Shown here piece by piece: positions 26,028 through 39,026 of a stretch of DNA of 64,000 nucleotides. The stretch is from Eledone cirrhosa (Eukaryota), in the NCBI GenBank assembly GCA_964016885.1, contig OZ024757.1, positions 30,318,001-30,382,000 on the forward strand, written 5' to 3'. Numbering within the stretch: position 1 is the first letter of the stretch; every line of letters begins with the position of its first letter. The position numbers were made by a program, and so were the translations under genes. The notes under the pieces were generated by a model. That model saw only the letters and a list, made by a program, of their open reading frames with translations, did not search any database and was not told where the DNA came from.

Positions 26028-28962
26028 GTTAAAATGGTCATACAGAGCTAGTTCAGCTCGGTAATCTTTTTCATTTATTTTTTTGTTACTTCTTTTTGTT
26101 TTTGTTAAATGAAATTCTTTTTGATATTCATAATTTAAATTTATTTGAAAAATATTTCAATTTTGCTATTCTTAGTTTTTATTATTGATATCATTATTAT
26201 ATATCGCGTTTAGAAAATGCGAAAATAAATAAAACCATTGATTTTTTTAATATCAGATATGGTTGTGTAGCAGACAGCAAAACTAATGAGTTTAACTTTC
26301 AGTCTGATCGAACAGACTTGCAATGAAAGGCGTTCCATCCATGGCCAACCATGTTAAAACATACATTTGTCAATACAATCTACTTTGTTTAAGAGGATAA
26401 GATGTATTTCTTTTAGGAAATTTAGCTGCTATTTCTAGCAAGTCTAGTGATCTCTTTGGTTTGATAAGCCGGTAACATCCAAAGTAATACATAGAATATC
26501 AACGGCACCAATCACTTCAGTTTCAGACGACCTGTGAAGGGCATGGACACTGCCAGACATAACAAGTAACACACGTATATATGCATGGGTCTCTCTCTCC
26601 CCATGTATATATATGTATATATATATAGAGAAAGAGTATAGGCATCTTTGTTATATTTAGATATTACTTCTACAGGACTAGAGCTGTTTCATTTGTATGA
26701 AATCATCAGGAATGTGGTAACCCCCTGACACAACTGGGGAATTTACTCACACACACCACACAAACACACACACACACACATGTACACAGGGTGTCTCCCC
26801 AAAATGTATACATACTTTGATTAGAATGCTGTTGAATGTGTATATATTTTTTGGGGGGACACTCTGTATATGTTTATATATATATATATACAGACAACTG
26901 TGGGTGAAAACGAAATAAAAGAGAAATCAACACATATAATATGAGGGTTGAATTTATATATTGGCAGTGTGCCTTAACTCCGCACTATCAAAGAGAGAGA
27001 GAAAGAGAGAGTGTGTGTGTGTGTGAGAGAGAGAGACGTATGTATATATGTATGAATCTCATGATTTAGATTTTCTTTCGTCTTGAAACCGCTGATAGTG
27101 CGGAGTTAAGGCAAACTGGCAATATATAAATTCAACCCTTATATTATATGTTGATTTCTCTTTTATTTCGTTTGGATGCAGTAAAGAATTGTTAAACCAG
27201 TACTCACCAGAGTACTTGATACTTGGGGTATTAGAGCGGGTAATATGAAGGATTCGGGGCCCCGACGGCTGAGCTCCTGCCGTTTCAACAGCTAGATCCG
27301 AACTGGATCCAGTTCGGATCTAGCTGTTGAAACGGCAGGAGCTCTGCCATCGGCGTCCCGAATCCTTCATATATATATATATTGGTGTGTGTGTAAAAGG
27401 TAAACAGAAATAACAACACAATCAGTACAGTATATGGAAGGGATATATTAGGTTAACGCTTGATATAGCAGGAAGAGGGTCTTAACGTTTTGGACGCTAG
27501 TCCTTCATCAGAAGAAAGAATGAGAAATAAGATAGATTGAGGGGACGGGCGGGTTGGAATTGGAAAAAATATCTTTAGATAAAAATAACAGGTCCAGTGC
27601 TTGTGTGTCAACAGGGAGAGAGAGAGGTGGGGGAAATTCTAACCCAGAAACAATGCTCTTTCATTGCAACTTAGAAATCAACTAGGTAATTCTGTTTGTC
27701 TGTCTGGATGCACATATGTGTCCAGAAGTGGATGTCATTGCATTTATAAATCTGCATATTCTGAGTTATATATATAGGGCCGGTGCTGCCGCATAAGCAA
27801 ACTAGGCAGCTGCCTAGGGCGCTGATTTCAGGGGACGCATTTCTCCAAATCAACAACAATTTTGAAAAATGAATAAATAAATTTCAGTTTTATTGAAGGT
27901 CGTTTTTTATCCTGGTTTATTTCATACAGGGACAAATAAATGTTGAAAATATTTTTGAAAAACTTATTGTTTATAAATTTTGAAATTGATATTTTTCTGA
28001 TGAAGGAGGAGGGAGGGCAGAATCTAACCGTGCCTAGGGTGCCAGATAGTCTGGCACCGGCCCTGATTATTATATATGTGCACATATACATGTTTTCTAT
28101 ATCTGTATGCACGAATGGATCCGTAACTGCTGATGGAGTCGTAGGGCCGCTAGAGAGGAAGGAGGGGCACAGCTCTCCATCAGTTTTGGACGTAGTTTAT
28201 TTCTGTAGTTAACTGAATGGACTCAAGAAATAATTCCTTCTAACTTTGGCACAAGGTCAATTTGGGAGAAGTAAAAAGTCGTATACGTTGACTCCAGTAC
28301 TTAACTAGTACTTTTTTATCGACCTCTAAAGGATGAAATGTAAAGTTGACCTTCGAACGAAGCATTCTATCCAACGGTCTAATGACCCTGTCAAATCACC
28401 GCCTACGCTTCTATATACAAACGTGTGTATATGCAGTATGTATATATTTGTGTGCGTATGTGCGTGCATTAGACTGTTAGTGATTGTGCGTGTACAAAAC
28501 TAGAACTAGTCTAGAAAAAATAGATGCCATATTTAGAATCAGCAGCCCAAATTTATTCTAAAACCAGTGCCAATATTTTATTGGCAGTTTGGCGGTGGAT
28601 TGGGTTGGCAGAATCATTAGAACGCCGGTAAAAGTTATTTGCCTTTCATGTTTTCGTGGGTTGATGAAATAAAATATTAGTCATGGACCGGGATGGATGT
28701 AGACGATTTTCCTATCCCTCAAGAAACTGTTGGCCTTGTGCCAACATTAGAAATCATGAAGGGTAGCGTCGGATAAAATGCCATTGTGGTGTGTTTTTTT
28801 TCTGGCTCTTTGCGTTCTGAGTTCAAATCTAGTCACGGTCAACTTTACTTTTATCGTTCCGGGGTCAATAAAATAGAGTACCCATCAAGTACTTGGGTTA
28901 TATAATCAACTTTGCCCTTCCTCCAAATTTGCTGGCTTTGTGCCGAAATTAGAACTCAATAA

Positions 28963-29400
28963 TGTCTTCTTCTTCTTGAGAGGGTCGTAGGGGCAGAGTC
29001 CTCAAAAACTCCTTCCAGCGGGTCCTGTCAGAAGCATCCATATCCAACTGATCCGGCTGGATCCCCAAGCGCGACAAGCCAAGCCCATGGATGTTATCCA
29101 ACCATCTTGTCTACCATCAGGTCTACCACGTTGTCTCTTGCTGGTTGGTTTTGCCCGTAAAATATGTCCAGCGATTCTTTCATGAGACTTTCTAACCACA
29201 TGCCCATAGTATTTCGATTCTGAAAAGTAACTGCTCTACCTGGAGTGACTCTCTGATCGCCGAGCTATGCACTCTACCGAGTAACGTTACTCCAAAGACC
29301 CTTTGGAGGAATCTCATTTCAGCTGTTTGTATTCGCGATCGTATTCTTTCGGTCATTACCCAAGATTCATGACTATAGGTAAGGGTTGGCACGAAAACCG
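28963..29400 (-). mobile_element. RTE LINE 3' fragment
   Basis: PTLTYSHESWVMTERIRSRIQTAEMRFL and RGRP. Related fragments at 15720-15940 (-) and 16870-17105 (+). Confidence 0.85.
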
Positions 29401-30315
29401 AATTGAGGATAATGTATTGGCAATAGAAATATTGTTGCTACTATACTGCAGCCGTCACTCACAATCGAGTATGACTCGGTAGTATGTACAATGCTTTCAC
29501 TAAAGGATTTAGGTGCCCATACTACCGCGAGAAGACACAGATACCCAATCGACCCTCCAACCCTCCTTTTTTATGCAGCGGAAGAGAGAGCTTTTCTAGC
29601 CTTGAGCTAGTACTTTCTTTATTGACCCCGAAAGAGTGAAATCCAAAGTGGATCTCGGCGAAATTTAAGCTCAGAACGCCTGAGACCCGGAAAATATATC
29701 AACCATGGTTGTTAACCAGAGTTATATAATCTAGCAGTATCAACGCAGTTATTTCCCTTTTATTAGGTTAACATCTAGTCACTAAAATAACCTGAACGCT
29801 TTTGATCTTTCGATTTTTTCCGCTCAAATCATTACACGCACATGCACACATATAAGGAGGTAGACATACACACACGCATTTAGTGTTTCATATTTTTGCA
29901 ACATACATATTTGAACACACACACACACACACATATATATATTTAATTACAACAACAGAAGGCTGAATTGGAGATATACCTTAAAGGTTTTAATGCTGCA
30001 ATAACCTATATATATATATTTCAATAGTCTGATTGAGTAAGACTCTGGCGACATCATCAGGTTCGGATTGCATAATTAGTTAATCAATAAAAGGAATTAC
30101 GGCAAATAGAAACAGAGAAGAGAATATATTTGATTCGTAGATGGCCCGCGAATTTGGTATTATACACACACCCTCACTATATTTCCTTATTTTATTTTTA
30201 TATATCTCTTGTATTACTTTTATTTATATATATATATATACATATATTTTTTTTTTTGCCCGTTAAACTTTTGCCTTTCTTGAGGAGATTTTTCAAATAT
30301 TTCACCATGTTTTAA

Positions 30316-30391
30316 ATTGCCTTGTCTGACGAACAAATGCGGACGTTTCTTGTATTCGTCTTATTCGGGAAACCTCTGGTAATGAGGTAAT
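30316..30391 (+). ncRNA. Type-I hammerhead ribozyme
   Basis: ATTGCCTTGT-CTGACGA-[stem II]-GAA-ACC-TCT-GGT-A-ATGAGGTAAT. 10-bp stem I, GUA cleavage triplet. Confidence 0.7.
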
Positions 30392-30728
30392 TATATTGTA
30401 TTGTTTATTATACATTAAATTTAGCTCTGTAACTTACATAGAGCACTCTTCACTCCTATGACTTTTTCAATTTTCAACGGGAACTTCAATACATATATAT
30501 AAATATGGTATATGGTATTATTATAGAACGATAGAGCGCCGGACAACATACCTTGCAGCAGTTCTCTGTTCATATCCAACCGAGGTAGATTTGTCTTTCA
30601 TCCTTACGTGGTCGATAAAATAAAGTACCAGCATCGCACTGAGGTCGATCAAATGGACCCCCCCCCCAATTGTTGGTCTTGTGCCTAAATCAGAAACCAT
30701 TATTATAGAAGAACACCCAAGTCGGATC

Positions 30729-30750
30729 AGGGTTAGGGTTAGGGTTAGAG
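30729..30750 (+). repeat. Short interstitial telomere-like (TTAGGG)n
   Basis: AGGGTTAGGGTTAGGGTTAGAG. Confidence 0.5.
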
Positions 30751-31695
30751 TTTCTGTTTACAAACATCTAAAAAGTCCAGGAAAAAAAAAACGAAAATAA
30801 AAAACAAGGAATGAAAATTATTTCCAAACAAACGAGAAAGGAGTGTAGATCTGCGAAGCTCCGGTGGTCTTTTCGCACCTTTTTACTGTGACGTTTCTAC
30901 AAATCTAGACATTTCCGATTAGATTTGAGGTCCTACTCGTTGATAACACGCGAAAAAAAAAGTCGAAGATAAACTTCGATGAGGGGTATTGTCCGAGGGG
31001 GGAACCAACGCACCCCTCCGTTCTCAGGAAAAAAAGTCAATTCCCAGGATCTTGGAAGTTAGATTAGTTGATAGCACACGAAAAAAAATAAAAACGAGAA
31101 ATATTTTTTTTTGCCTACTGAAATCGATTGAGGTGTTCCATAAATTCACCATATATAGATATAGATTAACAGAATCTTCTTTTTTTAGTTTTTTTTAAAC
31201 TAAAAAAAATCAATCTGATTTTTTTAGTTTCAAAAGATCCTGTTAAGTGTGAAAGCAGCGATTCTTTGCTTAAACTTTAATCTATTATTTTAATAAATAT
31301 TTGCTCTGTGTTTTTTTTATATTTTTATATATATATTATCCTGATCGAGCCCTCTTCAGATTTTAGTCTTTATATTTATTATTATTACTATATATATATA
31401 CAAGCTGAATATTACATAAAAGAGGGACATCCCCCCAACTATATAAACCTCAATCTAGTTAGAAAAATATAAAAACAATCTCTTCTCAACATATATATGT
31501 ATATTAATAACCTTAAATTACCACACTAATAATGGAAAGATATGCTGATGAGAATAGGTGCGAATATGCTATAATGAATGTGTCTAAAAGCGACCATATG
31601 TATGTATATATATGTGAAAATGTATATAAATAAGTAAATATATATATATGTTTGATGTGTATAGTTAGATGTAAGTGTATTCATGTATTAAAGTG

Positions 31696-31774
<79 letters not shown>

Positions 31775-32288
31775 GATAAATCTACCAAGAGTTTACGGTA
31801 GTGTCCAATCCGTATGAAGAACTCAATGTAATCCGGATATCATGGAAAGAAGAGATGCAATGAAAAATCACTTTCAGACGGCATATATATGTGTTTGGTA
31901 TGTATATTTAATTTTGATAGTTTGTATAATTTTGTATAATTTTGTACATAGATCTGTTGAATATGCATGCCAATTCTAACACATATATATCCTAGAAACG
32001 ATCGTTAAATAATGAACTTTTTTTGTTTAATATAAGGAACTGTTTCATTGTTTTATTCATTATTGTTTTATTCATTATTTTTTAAATATTTTATATATAT
32101 ATATAGATTTAGAGTTTATGTTGGTTGTATACCAATACCTCAGTATGCAGGCTGGAGCACTCGACGAAGTGCGCAGGTTGGTTTGGTTACTCCGGAGTAG
32201 TGTAAAATAAAGTTAAATAAAAGTCAAATGATTAAAATTTAGCTTCGTTTATTACTGCTATATATATTTCAGTGACAGCCATCTTTGG

Positions 32289-32337
32289 CTGAAGAGGTCA
32301 CAGCCAAAGATGGCTGTCACTGAAATATATATAGCAG
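32289..32337 (+). ncRNA. Hammerhead core at the centre of a long palindrome
   Basis: CTGAAGA-GGTCACAGCC-AAAGAT-GGCTGTCACT-GAA-ATATATAT-A. The 5' strand of stem I is replaced by the fold-back. Confidence 0.65.
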
Positions 32338-32382
32338 TAATAAACGAAGCTAAATTTTAATCATTTGACTTTTATTTAACTT

Positions 32383-32415
<33 letters not shown>

Positions 32416-32545
32416 CAAAAGTACTATTTAAAATTGTTGGGATACAACAAGTAAATATTTTTATAACTGATATAAAGCACTCGACAAGTATTTGGAGTAG
32501 ATATACGATATTAATAAATGGAAACTATATTTATAAAACCATATT

Positions 32546-32610
32546 TATTTCATTATACATATTTCAGGGATACCAAATTAAATTATGGTATGCCTTCATC
32601 AGACAAAATA
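32546..32610 (-). ncRNA. Minimal type-I hammerhead ribozyme (family A)
   Basis: TATTTTGT-CTGATGA-AGGCATACCA..TGGTATCCCT-GAA-ATATGTAT-A-ATGAAATA. Confidence 0.8.
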
Positions 32611-33081
32611 CAATATATAACAGTTTTACAAATAAGCTTTGACGTACCCTATTAAAATGCAACCATTGTTTTTGGAAGTCATCCGGATAGTGATTTGTTT
32701 ATATTACTTTAATAAGTCATAGTGTTAAGGACAATTAGTAAAAGACGGAGAGAAAGAAAAAGACGGAGAGAAAGAAAAAACGTGGAGAAGTATCGGAGAA
32801 AGAGAGATGCATGGAGAAGAAAAGAACAGAAAGAGATAAGTAAAGACAGGAGGAAAGGAAGAAGAAAAAAGGAAGAAATAAGAAAAACAGAGGAAAGCAA
32901 CAGAGAGATATTAAGTTAACAGACAGATAGAAAAACTCAAGAGAGAGAAATGTTATATATAGAGAGAGAGGGAGATTATGAAAACTTTACGTCATGTCAT
33001 GTTAAGTTGAGTTAACAATTCATATGAAATGAATAATAAAAATATAAATATTAATATTCATGAATGGGACATATATATATA

Positions 33082-33265
33082 ATTGTTTCTACTTTAGGCA
33101 CAAGGCCAGCAATTACCCAGTGCATTACTGCTACTTTATTTTATCGACCCCGTAAGGATGAAAGGCAAAGTCAACCTCGGCGGGATTTGAACTCAGATCG
33201 TAAAGGGACGTAACTATGCTGGAAAGCATGGCGTCCGACCCTCTACCGATACTGCCAATCCACCA
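33082..33265 (-). mobile_element. tRNA-derived SINE with Nin/Deu-like central domain, multi-copy
   Basis: GTTCAAATCC B-box and GACTTTGCCTTTCATCCTTACGGGGTCGATAAAATAAAGTACC. Copies near 1810, 6625, 8590, 19870, 21460, 23670, 28780, 30570, 37285, 37930, 56345 and 62120. Confidence 0.8.
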
Positions 33266-34218
33266 ATGGGGGACATATATATATAATATGAGAAATTAAA
33301 CATTGTTTAATAATGACTATATGTTTAGTTTAAACCTTGAGATCAATATACCAAAATTTGATATGTATATATATATATATATATGTGCATGTATATATGT
33401 ATGTAAGTATGAGCATGTAAGTATGTGTATGTGAGTATATGTATTTTGTAGAGGTGTGCATATATGTTTGTGTGTGAATGCGTGGGCGAAAGGATACGTA
33501 CACTTGAAAGAAAAATTTAAGTCTGAATGTTAATTAAGTGCAAACACAAAACCAACCATGCATATCTATACTATCTCTAATCCTTCTATAGATTTAGAAA
33601 AATAACCAACGCCAAATAATATATATTCTATAAAAATGTCAAAACAACAGATGGGAATCTAATTACTCACTGCCACCAAAAATTCTCACTGCTATCAAAA
33701 AACCACTCCCTTAACTATTCTTCTAACAACTTCACCCCTCCCTCCTAATATTCTCTATAAAAACCAAACCGGTTCTCAATAAAATTATTCTGATGAAATG
33801 ACAATTGATACACAACCAGATGATTGTTCATATATTGTCAAAGTTGTTTCGTCAATTTCAAATTCCTAAATTTATAAATTTAACTTATAATAAATTGGAG
33901 TGAAAGCATCTAGTGCGTGTGTTTCTTATTGGCAACATGACCCTTCCAAAGTATAACAATATCGGTTTCAACACACGTTTTCAGATAAAGAATCTTGTTA
34001 AACAAATTCAGAAACGAAATATATATATATATTAAACGAAGGAAATGTGGTAAGGAACCAGGTGGACCATAACGCACCAAAGTACTCAATACTTAGGGTA
34101 GTAGAGTGGGTAATAGGAACAAGTAGGACCCCGACGGCTGAGCTCAAGCCGTTTCGACGGCTAATTCTGGACTGAATTAGCCGTCGGTCCAGAATTAGCC
34201 GTCGGGGTCCTACTTGTT

Positions 34219-34281
<63 letters not shown>

Positions 34282-34430
34282 ATACTTTGGGAGGGCCATG
34301 TTGCCAATAAGAAACACACGCACTAGATGCTTTCACTCCAATTTATTATAAATTAAATTATAAATTTAAAAAATTTATAAATTTCTTGTTGGTTGGTTCC
34401 ACAACCGGACGGTTGTTCGTTCATATATTG

Positions 34431-34620
34431 TTCTTTCGTCACACATTCTGTGACCTCTTCAGTGACTGGGAATTCTTTTCCTTGTTTTGTGCCTCTCCTT
34501 TGTTCTGTCCTACGCCATCTTGTTTGGTAGGCGTAGGACAGAACAAAGGAGAGGCACAAAACAAAGAAAAGAATCCCTAGTCACAGAAGAGGTCACAGAA
34601 TGTGTGACGAAAGAATTTTG

Positions 34621-34622
<2 letters not shown>
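34431..34622. ncRNA. Inverted pair of damaged hammerhead motifs (family C)
   Basis: Minus arm GTCA-CTGAAGA-G-GTCACA-GAATG-TGTGAC-GAAA. Plus arm GTCA-CAGAAGA...GAAAGAATTT-TGAC. Third copy at 62905-62941. Confidence 0.6.
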
Positions 34623-34674
<52 letters not shown>

Positions 34675-35107
34675 CGGAGAGATTGCGTTCACGTTGTTTA
34701 ATTTTTATCTGTATCGAAATTTTAGTTTCATTCCATTAGAATACGCAAATCGGAAACTTTAATTTTGTATTATATAATCTAAATAGGCTTACAAATTTTT
34801 CCTTCCCAGTTATTACAATAATCAGACTTAAAAATGATTTCTATTTTAGGCACAATGCCAATAATTTGAGGGGATGGATAAAGCGATTAAATCGAAGCTA
34901 AAACTTCACTGGTACTTTATTTTATCGGTCCCGAAAAGTATGATTTCCAATCTAGAGGCAATAGAAACTACACTTTGAGGCGAGGGGTAAGTCGATTAAA
35001 TCGACCCCTCTCCCTCCAGTACTGGACTGGTTCTTTATTTTATCGACTTCGGAAGGATGAAAGGCAAAGTCGAACTCGGCGGGATTTTAAAACAGAATCG
35101 TAAAGAA

Positions 35108-35214
<107 letters not shown>

Positions 35215-35400
35215 TAGATAGATAGAGAAAGGGATATAGATAGAGAGAGAGGGAGATAAAGAGAGGGGAACGAAATATTGTATTAAAAAACATAACTGTA
35301 AAAAAAAAGGAAATCTTAATAATATTTAATTTATTATCTAATTATTATTTATTTATTTATTATATAATTTATTAAAAGCTCCAATTTGTTGTAGCTAAAA

Positions 35401-35407
35401 CGGAAGT
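35401..35407 (+). promoter_or_regulatory. ETS-type CGGAAGT motif, candidate promoter element
   Basis: CGGAAGT at the end of an AT-rich tract just upstream of the candidate first exon. Confidence 0.3.
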
Positions 35408-35445
35408 TGCATTTCTTAATACGTTTACCTGCGAAAGAAGCAACG

Positions 35446-35553
35446 ATGCCTTCAGGCAGATGTGATGTTATTTATGGGGCTCTTACCGTCTACAAAACAT
35501 TACTGGATATACCAAACAATTCTTTTATTAAAGTAAACCAGAATGATATCCAG
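35446..35553 (+). CDS. Putative first exon of an unidentified plus-strand gene
   Basis: Unique sequence, ACG-ATG start, MPSGRCDVIYGALTVYKTLLDIPNNSFIKVNQNDIQ, CAG|GTaac donor, CGGAAGT motif 45 bp upstream. Confidence 0.4.
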
Positions 35554-35717
35554 GTAACATGTTGCATATTTAATTATCTATTATTTAAAATCATTTCGCC
35601 TCTGCAGGAATTAGAAGAATAATGGCAATGGAATTAACAATAATGGTATTAATTTTTTTTAAATTGAAAGAAAACAGTAGATCTGAATATTATCATCATC
35701 TGTGAAAAGGCTGCTGT

Positions 35718-35762
<45 letters not shown>

Positions 35763-36737
35763 GAAAGGCTGGTGTGTGAATATATATATATATAGATATA
35801 TATACACACACACACCACCCTTTCAAAGGGTCAATGCTATATATATTATATAGCATTGACTCTTTCGTTACTATATCTCGAACAAAAGACATAATTTTGA
35901 AAATAATAAAATAATAATAAAATATTTGAAGGGATTTAGTAACATAACTGGTATTTAGAACATAATCTTACATAGGTTCCTACATAAAACTATGATGGAA
36001 GGTTTTTTTAAAGATAAATGTAAACACTTTAAAATAAACAGTTTTGTGTCGTAGAACCAAGAGCAGATAGGTTCGGTATTAAATAGGTGAAACAAAAGCA
36101 GGAAAAAGAAAAATATCTCATTTTCCATTGTTTCAATATCTTCCATATGAATTCTGTTTCATTTCACTACCAGAATATTTAAGTTATTTATTTTAAACCT
36201 GTAGCAGCTGTGATTATATTTCAGAAATATATTTTATTACAAATATATTACATTCCAAGCTTTGATCGTTGTTGTTTTTGTTGTAGTAAGTAGTAAGAAA
36301 TAGTTTTATCCTGGGTTAGCCTTCATATATCAGACCTATTATCATATACCAAACCTATCATCAAAGAGGTTCCAGATGTGACAAACATCTATTTATCCAA
36401 ACCTATTGTATATACATACATCTATGACTACTACTATTCTTCATATTTTGTCTTTAAAAGATGAGAATTGGAAGAAGATTTGCCTGCTTTAATCAACTGG
36501 ATGTTCCTCACATCTTTCATTTAAAAATTTCGATGTATGTCTATATATACAAATGTAATTAATCAAAAACATATAAAATACGTTAGAATTTTGTTTCACA
36601 ATAAGCAAGCTCTTTATCCAGAGCCATAATAAATCAAATGAAAAAGATATATGTATATATATATAGAGAGAGAGAGAAAGAACCGTATATCGTAGAGGAA
36701 CCACAGTATATTGTATATGTACTAAATACATATTCCA

Positions 36738-36768
<31 letters not shown>

Positions 36769-38536
36769 GACAAGCAAGAAGTAGTACTGTGTTACGTCGG
36801 AAAATTCTGTAAATCAAATTAAACAATACAATTTCCTATCTTTAAAAGTCGACCAAATAAAAGGACGATGGCTTTGACGCTGTTGTCAGAATTAATGAGA
36901 CGACGTAATAACGACGATATTTGAAGATACTATGATGCCACAGTGGGACCCTCAAACAGTGATCTTATATTAATTGAATATTTTCGGGTCCTTAACAAAA
37001 CAAGCAAGCAAAATAAATAAATAAATAAATGAATAAACCCCCAACTGGACAAAATTCTCCACGGCAAAATCCTCCACCCTCCCAGGACAAAAAAAAAAAT
37101 CCACATAGTATAAGAAATAATACATTATTCGAATATATTAGCTTTAGTTTATTCTTTACTAGGTATATTATATTTCATAATGTTAGCTATCGAAAACTAT
37201 AAATAGATTTTATTTTATCTTTTAGTGTTTTACTTTTGGAATGTTTATTGTTACACCCGTCTCGGAGACGGGTGTAATAATAATTGTTTCTACTTTAGGC
37301 ACAAGGCCAACAATTACCCAGTGCATTACTGGTACTTTATTTTATCGACCCCGTAAGGATGAAAGGCAATGAAAAATGGAACGGGAACAAGGCAGATATA
37401 TATATGTATGTATGTATCAACATTACAGTACGAGAAAATACATCAACATTCTTGAAAAAATTGTTTATTTGTTTACAATTGTTTCAGAGGACAAAATCTC
37501 AATTTAACCTATAAGATTGAGTCCTATTAATATATGAACCAATAGGCCTAGGTAATATTAAAATCGATACCCCCCTCCCCCTATACACACACAAATGTGA
37601 GGTATCGAAACTAAAAATGTTTGATTTTTGTGCTTCTCAATAAAAAAGGTCTATATTGTGTATTTTCTTGTATATATGATCCTTTCTCTCTCTCTCTCTC
37701 TCCCCCCGTATATATATATGTATACATAATCTTTTACTTTTGAATTATATATATACATATCTAATCTTAAATCTGGTTAGAATTTTGAGGGCGAAATATA
37801 TTTTCGTGTAGTTTTTGGAGCGTTTTAATCGAATATGGCCTTCATAACCGTTGTATATTAGTCGTTTTTGGTTCCCTACTCAACAACTCCATCGTATACG
37901 TCTCAGTTTAAAAAACATTTTCATTATAATAGCCGAGGTTAACTTTGTCTTTCATCCCTACGGCACCGATGAAATAAAGTACCAGTAATGCACTGGGGTA
38001 ATTGCTGGCCTTGTACCAAAAGTAGAGACAATTATAATAAATAATTGTTGTTGGTATGGTTTTTGAAGAGGGGCGAGTAAAAATGCCAGAAATTTTGTAA
38101 GCAGTGGTTATGTATATATGTGTGTATGTGTGTGTTCTGGTTTTATTAATTAAAAAGTTTTCATCAATAACAGTATATATATATATAGGAACGATCGACT
38201 TTCGTCAAATCGGACAGAGGAAACAATGCACTCAGCCACACGTATATATATAAGCAAAGGGATATTTAAACTTGAACCGTGAAGGTCTCGTTCTTGGTTA
38301 TGTCAATATTTATAAAACAAACTTTCGTTTTGGTACCCTTGAAATATATATAATAGAATAAATATGGTTTTATAAATATATATATATATATAATATGACA
38401 AGTAAGTATGTTTTGAAACAGTGAGCAGATCTGAAATTAGAAAATAGAATAGCTTTCACCGTATTTTTTTGACTAAAGAAATTTTAGTCTGTTAATGGGG
38501 TTTAGAACCCTCAGATAAATGGAAAAAGATGAGTAT

Positions 38537-38607
38537 TGATGTACATGGGAGTCGAACCCACATCTTTGGTTATCCAGACCACTGTGCTACCATTACACCA
38601 ACACATC
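38537..38607 (-). tRNA. tRNA-like cloverleaf (GGA anticodon, short variable arm) inside a repeat, probably not a functional tRNA
   Basis: GATGTGT/GTACATC acceptor, GTGT-AATGGTA-GCAC D arm, TGGT-CTGGATA-ACCA anticodon arm, GTGGG-TTCGACT-CCCAT T arm. Confidence 0.55.
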
Positions 38608-39026
38608 ACCCATCTCTTTCCATTCAAATTAGAAGCTACATTCTTAGCGAGTATAAATGACAAGTATGTTTATACTCGCTAAGAATGTAGCTTCTAATTT
38701 ATCTGAGGGTTTTAAACCCCATTAACAGACTAAAATTTCTTTAGTCAAAAAAATACGGTGAAAGCTATTCTATTTTCTAATATATATATATATATTATAT
38801 ATAAGGGATAACAAAATACCGTTATAGGTAATGCAGTTAGAGGTTGTGAATACTTCTTATTATGGATAGTTTTAGCCTACGGCGTTGTTTGACCCAACAG
38901 GAGGTTTATGTAGATGAGGAGTTTATGATTTCACTTGTATTCCTATGTAAGTTTATCTTGGAGTAATAAAATTGAAAAAGTGAAGAATAACATGGTCAAC
39001 AGTACAAAAAAGGGGATTTATTTACA

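Noticed and set aside
26670-26716. Minus-strand CTGATGA-TTTCATACAAAT-GAAACAGCTC
   Set aside because: Helices I and III do not close. At best a decayed copy.
30729-30750. Telomeric repeat as evidence of a fusion or telomere-primed element
   Set aside because: Only about 3 units, too short to interpret.
31228-31265. Family with CAGAAGA-TCCC..GGGT-GAAAGC consensus (also about 49285-49322)
   Set aside because: The core deviates from CUGANGA in every copy and helix I is unclear.
32722-32919. Arg/Lys/Glu-rich ORF
   Set aside because: Purine-rich low-complexity tract inside a repeat element.
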